20,000 nucleotides of DNA, from positions 46,772 to 66,771 of the forward strand of contig JAXLNO010000291.1 in the NCBI GenBank assembly GCA_038087875.1, read 5' to 3'. The number at the start of each line of letters is the position of its first letter. Position 1 is the first letter of the stretch. Below the pieces are notes generated by a model, which had not been told where the DNA came from, did no database searches, and saw only the letters and a list, made by a program, of their open reading frames with translations. The translations under genes and the position numbers were made by a program. Below are positions 9,742-18,390 of the stretch, one piece after another. Source of the stretch: Malacoraja senta. Lineage: Eukaryota.

Positions 9742-10209
9742 TTAGTTGAGTTTAGTTTATTGTCACGTGCACCAAGGTACAGTGAAAAGCTTTTGTTGCG
9801 TGCTATCCAGTCAGCGGAAAGACAATACATGCTTACAGACACAAAATGCTGGAGTAACTCAGCGGGATAGGCAGCATCTCTCGGAGAGAAGAAATGGGTG
9901 ACGTTTTGGGTCGAGAAGAAGGGTCTCGACCTGAAACGTCACCCATTTCCTCTCTCCAGAGATTGAGCATCTCTGTCCAGCTGAGTTATTCCAGCATTTT
10001 GTGTCTATCCTCAGTTTAATTCAGCATCTGCAGTTCCTTCCTACACGTGATAACAATTGAGTAATCCACATTGTAGAGATACAGGATAAAGGAATAACCT
10101 TAATATCGTTTAGTGCAAGATAAAGTCCGATCAAAGATAGTCCGAGGGTCTCCAATGGGTAGATAGTAGCTCAGGACTGCTCTCTAGTTGTGGTAGAATC
10201 GTTCAGTTG
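9742..10209 (-). mobile_element. Rex1-like 3' end (same family as 5640-5878), interrupted by a fold-back hammerhead element
   Basis: Reverse complement of the 5640-5878 sequence in two pieces, 9742-9837 and about 10047-10209. Confidence 0.75.
9838..10046. mobile_element. Fold-back (inverted) hammerhead element, subfamily A
   Basis: Left arm GACACAAAATGCTGG..GGGTCGAGA is inverted relative to right arm AGAAGGGTCTCGACCTGAAACGTC..CCAGCATTTTGTGTC..CTACAC. Imperfect flanking duplication ACATGCTTACA / ACGTGATAACA. Confidence 0.8.
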
Positions 10210-10608
10210 GAATTATTAACTCACTCTCCAGATGCTGCTGAACTGTGGGCATTTCCAATACTTTGTTTCATTTGACACTTTTAAAGCAAACCGATTAATT
10301 TTGCTGGTCCTGACTTTGTAAATACTTAGCACCACCTCTGCATCAGAGAGTAAACCCTACTTCACATAAACCTCACCCACGTTAAGATGCCATTGAAAAA
10401 ATATGTGCGGGATAAAATGGTTGAGGTGATTATTTTTAATGCTGGAAGGGTGATGTGGGAGGCTTATAATAGGCAATGTGGTATGGACAGCAACAGTGAC
10501 TGCAATGTGTTAAAGAAGGAACTGCAGATGCTGGAAAATCGAAGGTACACAAAAATGCTGGAGAAACTCAGCGGGTGCAGCAGCATCTATGGAGCGAAGG
10601 AAATAGGT

Positions 10609-10636
10609 AACGTTTCGGGCCGAAACCCTTCTTCAG
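10609..10636 (-). ncRNA. Minimal hammerhead ribozyme motif (left arm)
   Basis: CTGAAGA-A-GGGT TTCG GCCC-GAAACGTT on the minus strand; UUCG loop in stem II; NUH = GUU. Confidence 0.6.
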
Positions 10637-10637
10637 A

Positions 10638-10665
10638 CTGAAGAAGGGTTTCGGCCCGAAACGTT
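10638..10665 (+). ncRNA. Minimal hammerhead ribozyme motif (right arm)
   Basis: CTGAAGA-A-GGGT TTCG GCCC-GAAACGTT. Confidence 0.6.
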
Positions 10666-10979
10666 GCCTATTTCCTTCGCTCCATAGATGCTGCTGCACC
10701 CGCTGAGTTTCTCCAGTGACTGCAATGTATGTGGCAACCAAATTGCATTAACTACAGTATATCAAAAAAAAGTTTTGAGGAAACCTGTAGCAAAACAAGT
10801 TCAATATCTGCAGTGAAAGAGAAAATGCTTTTAAAGTTTTGCACGCAAGGCAACTAGAAATAGTGAACATTTTACAGTAAACAAGAATAATACATTTTGG
10901 TTTCATGGAAAAAAGGAACATCTTTTATCCCTGCCAGTGGTGAGTTGGGATTGCCTCTCGAGTGGGAAGCTCACAACAC

Positions 10980-11200
10980 TCAGGGACACCAATGCTGAAG
11001 GAGCCAAACCTTGACACATTTAACCAGCTGACCTAGATACCTGGTCAGGTAGACATGATCTCTCTACTCTTTCCACAGGGACCTAGAAATTATTTTGGCC
11101 AATATCCTTTCCTCAACCAACACCAGTAAAAGCAAAACACCGAGTATTGGAGTATGTCAAGCAGTATCTGTGGAGGAAATGGATCGGTGACGTTTCAGGT
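10980..11200. mobile_element. Deu-type SINE relic (+, to about 11130) followed by a hammerhead-family relic (-)
   Basis: TGGCCAATATCCTTTCCTCAACCAACACCAGTAAA resembles the recalled Deu domain; then GCAGTATCTGTGGAGGAAATGGATCGGTGACGTTTCAGG. Confidence 0.45.
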
Positions 11201-11414
11201 GGAATTTGGAGAGGAGACAATGTGGCCTTCAGTAAGGTGAGGAGAGGTCCAGCTGGCCAGATGTCCAATATGGGGGGGACTGATGGTACAAGTGTTGTAG
11301 GTTTAGTCCCCTTCTGTACAACCATCAAGTGATGGCTCTTACTTCATCTACTCAACTAGCCACCTAGATGAGCATGCACTGACAAGGTCCTCTGTAAATC
11401 ACCCTTAATAAGTA

Positions 11415-11521
11415 GATGTAGAATGTAGGGCAGGATAAAATGGGTTAGGGTAGAATTAACACGTACTAGTACTTGGCCAGCATGGGCTGAAGGGCCTGTT
11501 TCCGTACTGTATTTCCCTATG
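11415..11521 (+). mobile_element. HE1-like SINE 3' end
   Basis: GGCCAGCATGGGCTGAAGGGCCTGTTTCCGTACTGTAT is the 3' tail shared by HE1 SINEs and HER1 LINEs. Confidence 0.6.
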
Positions 11522-12165
11522 GCTCTGTTTGGCAGCAGTAATTGTAAACGCGTTCAGGGTGAATGCGCGTTGAAGACGTAACGGTTTTAACACAACCTCT
11601 CAGACTGATGCCGGATAGATCAACCTCCAGCCATGCCTTCCCTGGGGACGTTCTGTAACTCCACTTAGAATAGTCAAGGTCCAAATTGGTGCTTGATTTG
11701 TGAGCTCGGGAATGCAGCACTGAGACAGGTCTCCAGCAAACTCTGTCATTTGTTGTTTCATATTGACCAGAAGTGAACAGGAAATTGCCTTGGATTTTCA
11801 AAGAGCTACAGAACACATTTTAAGGAGTGACGTTCCTGTCATAGAAAAAGGCGGCTTTGATTCTAGACTTTTCAAAGCAATCCTAACCACGGGAAAATTA
11901 AATTTGGAAACTAAATGAAAGGGTTTGGGAACACTCACTGTAAATGTTTTCCGAACAAAACAGGTTGCTTTATTTTTATATCTGACTTTTTTTGTCAATA
12001 ATAGCTCTCCTATGACTACATGTCAAACCACTGGTTAGTCATGAATGAGCAAGTCCCAAGTTGACAGCAGAAGATTCTGTCAACGGTTGGAGAGGAATTG
12101 GACGGTTAATTCAAATAAAGGATCATTTAGCCGCTGAAACCAAGTTTCTGGTCACCACATTACAG

Positions 12166-12450
12166 GAAACATAGAAACATAGAAATAGGTGCAGGAGGAG
12201 GCCATTCGGCCCTTCGAGCCTGCACCGCCATTCAATATGATCATGGCTGATCATCCAACTCAGTATCCTGCACCTGCCTTCTCTCCATAACCCCTGATCC
12301 CTTTAGCCACAAGGGCCACATCTAACTCCCTCTTAAATATAGCCAATGAACTGGCCTCAACTACCTTCTGTGGCAGAGAATTCCACAGATTCACCACTCT
12401 CTGTGTGAAAAATCTCGGTCCTAAAAGACTTCCCCCTTATCCTTAAACTT
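12166..12450 (-). mobile_element. Young HER1-like CR1 3' end with (TATGTTTC)n tail
   Basis: Near-identical to 14590-14890 apart from an about 10-nt deletion and a few substitutions; tail GAAACATAGAAACATAG on +. Confidence 0.9.
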
Positions 12451-12851
12451 CAGCGCACAATGTCCATGTTGATTATGATGCCAACTTAAACTGATCTCTT
12501 ACGCCTTCACATAATCCATATACACTTACATATCTAAAAATCTCATAGAATGCCACTCTCATACTGGCCTTCACAGGCAACATGTTCCAGGCACCCACAG
12601 CCCTCTGTATAAAACAAACTTGCCCACACACGTTCTTTAAATTTTGCCCCTCTTGTCTTAAAGCTATGACCTCTAGTCTTTGACATTTCTACACTGTGAA
12701 AAACCTTTTGACCATCTATCTTATCTACACCTCTCACAATGTTATCGACTTTTATCAGGTGTCCCCTCAATCTCTGGCATTTTTGCAAAACAATCCAAGT
12801 CTGCCCAACCTCTCCTTGTAGCTAATAATAACGCCTAATCCAAACATCATT

Positions 12852-12879
12852 CTGAAGAAGGGTCTCGACCCGAAACGTC
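12852..12879 (+). ncRNA. Minimal type-I hammerhead ribozyme motif (intact core)
   Basis: CTGAAGA-A-GGGTC TC GACCC-GAAA-CG-TC: CUGANGA, extra A, stem II, GAAA, palindromic ACGU stem III, GUC triplet. Stem I is weak. Confidence 0.65.
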
Positions 12880-12939
12880 ACCCATTGCTTCTCTCCAGAG
12901 ATGCTGCCTGTCCTGCTGAGTTACTCCAGCATTTTTTCT
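12852..12939 (+). mobile_element. Hammerhead element starting exactly at the CTGA core, with 9-bp duplication
   Basis: ATCATTCTG at 12846-12854 and 12940-12948; the left copy overlaps the CTG of the core. Confidence 0.8.
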
Positions 12940-13104
12940 ATCATTCTGCGAAACTTCCCCTGCACCTTGGCCAAAGCCTCTATGTCCTTCCTGTAATGTG
13001 GCGAGCAGAATTCTCCAATACTCTAATTACAGCCTGACCAAAGTCCTATAAAGCTGCATCACTCTTATCTATTTGTTGGTACATTTTAAGCTACATCTAC
13101 GGCC

Positions 13105-13322
13105 ACGCAGCTACTTAGTTGGTATCCTATCACCATCCTCAGCACTTCTTCCCATTGCCACTACAGTGTACATCGTCTATGAAATAAGCTGCTTATCTTC
13201 AAGGCCGTTCTGATGGCACCTCCCAAAACCTGTGAGCTATCATAACGAGAGCTTCAGGTGCATGGGACACCACCACCTGTAGGATCTCCTCCAAGTCACA
13301 AACCATCCTGGTATGGAAATAT
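13105..13322 (+). mobile_element. Old CR1/L2-group LINE C-terminal relic
   Basis: CAGGTGCATGGGACACCACCACCTGTAGGATCTCCTCCAAGTCACAAACCATCCTG..TGGAAATAT resembles a recalled shark LINE end (..SKSHTILTWKY). Confidence 0.5.
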
Positions 13323-13324
13323 TT

Positions 13325-13478
13325 AAGAAGGAACTGCAGATGCTGGAAAAATCAAAGGTAGACTAAAATGCTGGAGAAACTCAGCGGGTGAGGCAGCATC
13401 TACGGAGCGAAGGAATAGGTGACGTTTCGGGTTGAGACCCTTCTTCAGACTGATGTGGGGGTGAGGGGGAGGGGGGGG
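13325..13478 (-). mobile_element. Hammerhead element, subfamily B
   Basis: AAGAAGGAACTGCAGATGCTGGAAAAATCAAAGGTAG..GAGAAACTCAGCGGGTG has the same diagnostic bases as 10513-10636. Confidence 0.8.
13421..13448 (-). ncRNA. Minimal hammerhead ribozyme motif
   Basis: Minus strand CTGAAGA-A-GGGT CTCA ACCC-GAAACGTC. Confidence 0.6.
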
Positions 13479-13667
13479 AGCATATCCCCCTTCATCTCCA
13501 AGTGCCATTCACATGGACATGAGGACAAAGGGGCAGCATGCCCGTCGCCTGGTTACATGGTGACTGCAGTCTGGGTGAGATCTACAAGAGGGAAGGGGTG
13601 GATCTCTTCCACATGGCGTTCACTTTCCCAAGACAGGATTGGAAGTACCGCACATGAACCTTGAAGA

Positions 13668-13760
13668 TCACTAGTGATCGGGGTGATCGCTGGTCAGCAT
13701 GGACTCGGTGGGCTGAAGGACCTGGTTTCCGTGCTGTATCTCTAAAGGCTAAAGTCTAAA
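13668..13760 (+). mobile_element. HE1-like SINE 3' end
   Basis: GGGTGATCGCTGGTCAGCATGGACTCGGTGGGCTGAAGG..TTTCCGTGCTGTATCTCTAAA with a (GTCTAAA)-like tail. Confidence 0.7.
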
Positions 13761-13864
13761 ACCTAGAGTGTGTGCAGCGTATACATTTAGCCATAGGGCT
13801 ACATCCATGATGGAGACGCACCAATACCTCATCCACATCCAGTACAGAGAGAGCGTGTGCGTGC

Positions 13865-13916
13865 CTGTGTCTGTGTCTGTGTCTGTGTCTGTGTCTGTGT
13901 CTGTGTCTGTGTCTGT
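13865..13916. repeat. (CTGTGT)8.7 hexanucleotide microsatellite
   Basis: Perfect tandem array; it produces the spurious (SV)n and (RH)n ORFs. Confidence 0.95.
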
Positions 13917-14310
13917 AGTAACACAGGTACCGTTTACAACAGGTGGACCGTGACAATCAGCTCAATGGGCCACATTTCAGACTGAGCTGCCATGGACCAC
14001 ATCTGAGCTGTTACACACATCTGTTGTAGCAGGAACTGGTTGCACATGTTATTCGAAGCTGCCCCATTATCAGACCTCAATAAATCTATGTGTTAAAAAA
14101 AAAACAACAAGACTTTAGACGCATTATCGTATCAAGAGACAACCTTCTGAGACCTAAACTTCCTTTGTGGTCACTCAGCACATGTGGTTCTGTTTAAATG
14201 ACATCTGTAAAAAGGGTTGTTCATAATACAGTAAGCTCAGCAAGTCCCCTGCTACCTGGCAGCATTGCTAATGGATGCGGTGTTGATGGAAACTGCAGTA
14301 AACACCATCC

Positions 14311-15008
14311 ACAAGGAGTAGAATTAGACCATTCGGCCCATCGAGTCTACTCCGCCATTCAATCATGGCTGATCTGTCTCTCCCTCATAACCCCATTCAC
14401 CTACCTTCTCCCCATAACCTCTGACACCTGCACTAATCAATAATCTATCTATCTCTGCCTTAAAAATATCCATTAACGACCTCCACAGCCTTCTGTGGCA
14501 ATGAGTTCCACATGGAGAAATTCCTCCTCAAATCCATTCTAAAGCTATGTCCTTTTATTCTGAGGCTGCGCCCTCTGGTCCTGGACTCTCATAGATACAT
14601 AGATACATAGAAAATAGGTGCAGGAGTAGGCCATTCGGCCCTTCGAGCCTGCACCGCCATTCAATATGATCATGGCTGATCATCCAACTCAGTATCCCGT
14701 ACCTGCCTTCTCTCCATACCCCCTGATCCCTTTAGCCACAAGGGCCACATCTAACTCCCTCTTAAATATAGCCAATGAACTGGCGTCAACTACCCTCTGT
14801 GGCAGAGAGTTCCAGAGATTCACCACTCTCTGTGTGAAAAAGTTTTTCCTCATCTCGGTCTTAAAGGATTTCCCCCTTATCCTTAAGCTGTGACCCCTTG
14901 TCCTGGACTTCCCCAACATCGGGAACAATCTTCCTGCATCTAGCCTGTCCAACCCCACTAGTAGAAACATTCTCCCCACATTCACTCTATGCAGGCCTTT
15001 CACTATTC
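14311..15008 (-). mobile_element. CR1 3' fragment split by a younger HER1 copy
   Basis: Host reads ..CTGGACTCTC (14581-14590) and resumes CCACTAGTAGAAACAT (about 14955); these are contiguous in the 3771-3796 copy. Confidence 0.8.
14590..14955 (-). mobile_element. Young HER1-like CR1 3' end with (TATGTATC)n tail
   Basis: Open C-terminal frame GLDRLDAGRLFPMLGKSRTRGHSLRIRGKSFKTEMRKNFFTQRVVNLWNSLPQRVVDASSLAIFKRELD..GY*. Confidence 0.92.
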
Positions 15009-15287
15009 TTCACCTATACCCGAGGAGGCATCACATGTGTGAGTCTGTTACTCCAGGGTCAGAAGAACCAGCTCCTTCGTTCAAGTGTGTGGAAGCCAAG
15101 AAGCCAAGGAGCCACCAACATTAACTTGGGCCCATGTACCACAACAAAGACCAGCGATCAAAACTGGCTCTTCATAGTCTCCTTGGTAATCTGGGAATTT
15201 GAAATCAAAGTGGAATAAATTTAGCGATGATGAAACTCTTACATGCAGCATCATAACAGAATATGTAGAAAAAACTCTGGGTCATGA

Positions 15288-15895
15288 GAGTGGCACAGTG
15301 ACAGAAGGTAGAGCTGCTGCCTCACAGGTTCGATCCCAACCTCGGCTGCTAACAATGTGGAGTTTGCACGTTTATTTATTCATTCACAAGATGTATGCAT
15401 TAAGACCCAGAACTCACTCCCAAACATCAGTGCCCAAAGGCCCAGACCACAGGTGAACAAGAGGAGGAGGACTGAACTTTATTGCCTTCCCTCACAGTGG
15501 GAATCGTTGATTCCGCTGCAGGGGGGTGTTCATGTTATATTCTATAGTGCTGTGTTCATTTTATTTTAATTATGTGGCTGTATGGTAGCTCAAATTTCAC
15601 TGCATCAATTGGTGTATGGGACAATAAATGTAAATTGAACTTGACCTTGAACTTGAACAGTGGTTAGATGGCATAGGCTGGCCTCTCACAGGTCCCAACA
15701 CAGCCATGGAGGTTTCTCCGGGTGCTCCTGTTTGCTCCCACACTCCAAAGATGTGCAGGTTTGTAAGTTAATTAGCACTGTCAAATTGTAAATTGTTCCT
15801 GGTGTGTGTAGGAGAATGCTCGTGTACAGGGAGACCGCTGGTCGACGTGGAGTCGTTGGGCCTGTTTCCATGCTGTATCTCTAGTTTAGTCTGAA
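15288..15895 (+). mobile_element. HE1-like tRNA-derived V-SINE split by an about 330-bp insertion
   Basis: Head with box A (TGGCACAGTG) and box B (GGTTCGATCC) up to GGAGTTTGCACGTT (15372). Body resumes at about 15705 with GGTTTCTCCGGGTGCTCC..CTCCCACA..AAAGA and tail GGGCCTGTTTCCATGCTGTATCTCTA. Confidence 0.75.
15430..15658 (+). mobile_element. Rex/L2-type 3'UTR or SINE with (CTTGAA)n tail
   Basis: Ends TTTCACTGCA..GACAATAAA..TTGAACTTGACCTTGAACTTGAAC, like the tail at 228-278. Confidence 0.5.
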
Positions 15896-16083
15896 AACAC
15901 AAATATCTGCCATTACCGGACCTTACATTAGGGGGCAGCATCCTGGCACTGATGCAGCAGAGAAAATGTAGGTTCAATCCTAACTCCTGCCCTAATGTGT
16001 CCCGTGTTCAGACAATCCACCTTGCCGACAGAGAGGTCAAGAACGTTTTTTTAAAAAGGGAGATAGAAAGAAAGGAAGAAATG

Positions 16084-16433
16084 GAACATAGAACAGCACA
16101 AGAACAGGCCTTTCAGTTCACAATGTCTGTGCTAAACATTATGCCAAGACCTTCACTTATCGGCCACACACAATCCACATCCCACCATTCCCCGCATATC
16201 TGTTTAAAAATCTCATAAACCACACTGTCGTATCTGCTCACCACCATCCCATGCAATCATTCCAGGCACTTATCACCCTCGATGTAAAAACGTTGCCCCA
16301 CACATCTCCTTTAAACTTTGTCCCTCTCATCTTAGAGCTATGCCCTCCAATATTTGATTTTTCCATCCAGGGAAGAAGGTTCTGACTGTCTAGCCTATCT
16401 ATTATATACTTCAATCATGGCTCCTCGCAACCT
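16084..16433 (-). mobile_element. Older CR1 LINE 3' fragment
   Basis: Same family as 730-1140 and 12450-13060 (GAACATAGAACAG..GGCCTTTCAG..CACAATGTC; CACATCTCCTTTAAACTTTG; CTATGCCCTC). Confidence 0.75.
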
Positions 16434-16480
16434 GGCCCTCCCTCGCCTCCAGTCCTCACCCCCACCCCCCTGCCTTTCAG

Positions 16481-16667
16481 TCTCCCTGTGACCATGTGGG
16501 TTTCCTCTGGGTGCTCCAGTTTCCTCCCACGTTCCAAAGACCTGCAGCAGGTTTGTAGGCTCATTTGGTTCTGTAAATTGTCCCCAGCATTTAGGACAGA
16601 ACTAGTGTGAATGGGCGATTGTTGGTGGCCAAATGGCCCTTTCCTCGCTGTATCTCTAAACTAAACT
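16481..16667 (+). mobile_element. 5'-truncated HE1-like V-SINE
   Basis: TCTCCCTGTGACCATGTGGGTTTCCTCTGGGTGCTCCAGTTTCCTCCCAC (V domain), ending GCTGTATCTCTAAACTAAACT. Confidence 0.8.
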
Positions 16668-16673
16668 CACGTG

Positions 16674-16769
16674 TGAAGATAGACACAAAAAGCTGGGGTA
16701 ACTCAGCGGGCCAGACAGCATCTCTGGAGGAAATGAATGGGTGACATTCCTGGTCGAGACCCTGCTTCA
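16674..16769 (-). mobile_element. Hammerhead element with degenerate core and possible 6-bp TSD
   Basis: GAAGATAGACACAAAAAGCTGG..GGTCGAGACCCTGCTTCA; CACGTG at 16668-16673 and 16772-16777. Confidence 0.7.
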
Positions 16770-17176
16770 CACACGTGGGTAAATTCATCAGGTGCCCAGT
16801 TTGGCCAGACTCTCCTGATCTGCAATGATCTTTCCTGATAAATATCCCCCATCAAATGTGTGCCAAACAGGTGGGTTAATGAAGTGAAACTATGTCAGAT
16901 GTGAAGAACCAGAGTGCAATGATCACGAGATTATTGGAAGATGTTCTCTCTGATCCAATTACACATTAAATGTGTAGGAAGGAACTGCAGATGTTGGTTT
17001 ACCCCTGGGGGTGGGGGGGGGGGGGGGGGGTATGGTACTTTGGCCCCTGCTCTAACCATTCAATTGCACCTGACAAAATTCTGTATTTATCAATTCTGTA
17101 TTTATATTTAAAAAAATTAAAAAAAAAATAAATTAAAAAAAAATTTAAAAAAAATAAAATAAAATTTTTTTTTTAA

Positions 17177-17250
17177 TGTTCGGCATGGACTTGAAGGGCC
17201 GAGATGGCCTGTTTCCGTGCTGTTATGGTTATATGGTTATATGGTTATAT
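17177..17250 (+). mobile_element. HER1/HE1-type 3' tail with (ATGGTTAT)3 repeat
   Basis: CGGCATGGACTTGAAGGGCCGAGATGGCCTGTTTCCGTGCTGT plus a tandem octamer tail. Confidence 0.75.
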
Positions 17251-17305
17251 TGAAGATAGGCACAAAACTCAGCAGGGCAGGCAGCATCTCTGGATAGGAA
17301 TAGGT

Positions 17306-17333
17306 GATGTTTCGGGTCGAGACCCTTCTTCAG
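17306..17333 (-). ncRNA. Minimal hammerhead ribozyme motif
   Basis: Minus strand CTGAAGA-A-GGGTC TC GACCC-GAAACATC (AUC triplet). Confidence 0.5.
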
Positions 17334-17589
17334 ACTCTGAAGTGTGAAGAATGGTCTCAACCAGAAATGACACCCATTCTTTCTATCCAGAGATGCTGCC
17401 GGCCCCGCTGAGTTAGTCCAGCACTTTGTGCCCATCTACACTGCACTAAACCCAGAGCCACCCCACATTTTGAGAACAGTACCACCCAGGATGGCGATAA
17501 ATCTCTCCAGCACCAACCTCGAGCGACAAGCTAAAGTATTCTCTTTCAAAACTTCTGCGAAATCTCCATAAATGAATCGCAGCATAAAT

Positions 17590-17646
17590 GGCACGGACTG
17601 GGTGGGCCGAAGGGCCTTTTCCACGCTGTATCTCCAAACTAAACTA
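17590..17646 (+). mobile_element. HE1-like SINE 3' tip
   Basis: GCACGGACTGGGTGGGCCGAAGGGCC..GCTGTATCTCCAAACTAAACT. Confidence 0.65.
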
Positions 17647-18148
17647 CATCCCAAGCCCCAGGAACTCTCTTGGAACAGTTGAACCGCACATTTCCAAATT
17701 ACAGAAAATATTTTCCACCCGTCCACAGGCTGAAAGTACGCAGTGTACCTTCCTCAATGGACTTCAAATCACGTGTTTAGAGCAGTTTGAATGGAAAAGT
17801 TGAGAAGAACTAATTCAGACATTTGGGTTTCCAATTCCTCACCGCGATTATTCAGTGGCTGTGTTGTTCTTGAAGCCTTAAACGCACTTCTACCTCACTG
17901 TCCATGGCAATGCTGTTTATTACCTCCTCATAAGGTTCAGTTAGATTGGTCAAACAAGATCTGGTCTTGACAGGAACCATGCTGGTCATCTCTGATCTCT
18001 CCACGTGTGTAAATAGAAAATGGTTTTAGTAAAGACTTCAACAAGATCCAACGTGGGAGAGATGTCCAAAATCTTAGACCTGTTGCATCCAGGGCCAGTT
18101 GACAAACTGGATCTAAAGCTGACTTGGCAATTGATGGGAAAGGAAATG

Positions 18149-18390
18149 TATGGGAAGGAACTGCAGACGCTGGTTTAAACCAAAGATAAACACAAAATGC
18201 TGGAGTAACTCAGTAGGACAGGCTGCATCTCTGGAGAGAAGGAATGGGTGACGTTTTGGGTCGAGACCCTGCTTCAGTCATGACCCAAAACATAACCTAT
18301 TCCTTCTCTCTAGAGATCATGCTGTCTGATCCGCTGAATTATCTTGTGTCTCTTCGGTTTAAACCAGCATCTGCAGTTCCTTCCTACACA
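18149..18390. mobile_element. Symmetric fold-back hammerhead element (MITE-like appearance)
   Basis: Begins GGAAGGAACTGCAGACGCTGGTTTAAACC and ends GGTTTAAACCAGCATCTGCAGTTCCTTCC; turns at GCTTCAGTCATGACCC. Confidence 0.8.

Larger units (their letters stand above)
10509..10716. mobile_element. Young fold-back hammerhead element (subfamily B), 79-bp near-perfect palindrome with 15-bp TSD
   Basis: Arms 10558-10636 and 10638-10716 have one mismatch and a 1-nt centre. CAGTGACTGCAATGT is duplicated at 10494-10508 and 10714-10728. Confidence 0.9.
12450..13060 (-). mobile_element. Older CR1 LINE fragment (RT C-terminus plus 3'UTR)
   Basis: Peptide RLRGHLIKVDNIVRGVDKIDGQKVF..EMSKTRGHSFK; interrupted at 12855-12939. 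Confidence 0.85.
16971..17437. mobile_element. Fold-back hammerhead element interrupted at about 17003-17250
   Basis: TGTGTAGGAAGGAACTGCAGATGTTGGTTTAC resumes as GAAGATAGGCACAAAA; turns at CTTCAGACTCTGAAG; plus arm runs to CCAGCACTTTGTGCCCATCT. Confidence 0.75.

Noticed and set aside
13756..13956. (RH)n and (SV)n repeat proteins
   Set aside because: Translations of the (CTGTGT)n microsatellite.
15288..15340. tRNA gene
   Set aside because: Box A and box B are present but there is no cloverleaf; it is the tRNA-derived head of a SINE.
15925..15940. CTCF-like motif ACATTAGGGGGCAGCA
   Set aside because: Partial match only; cannot be distinguished from chance without ChIP data.
18149..18390. Interpretation as a classical MITE or DNA transposon with TIRs
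   Set aside because: Family copies occur as single arms, have asymmetric arms and variable TSD lengths, and contain a hammerhead motif, all of which favour a retroelement origin.
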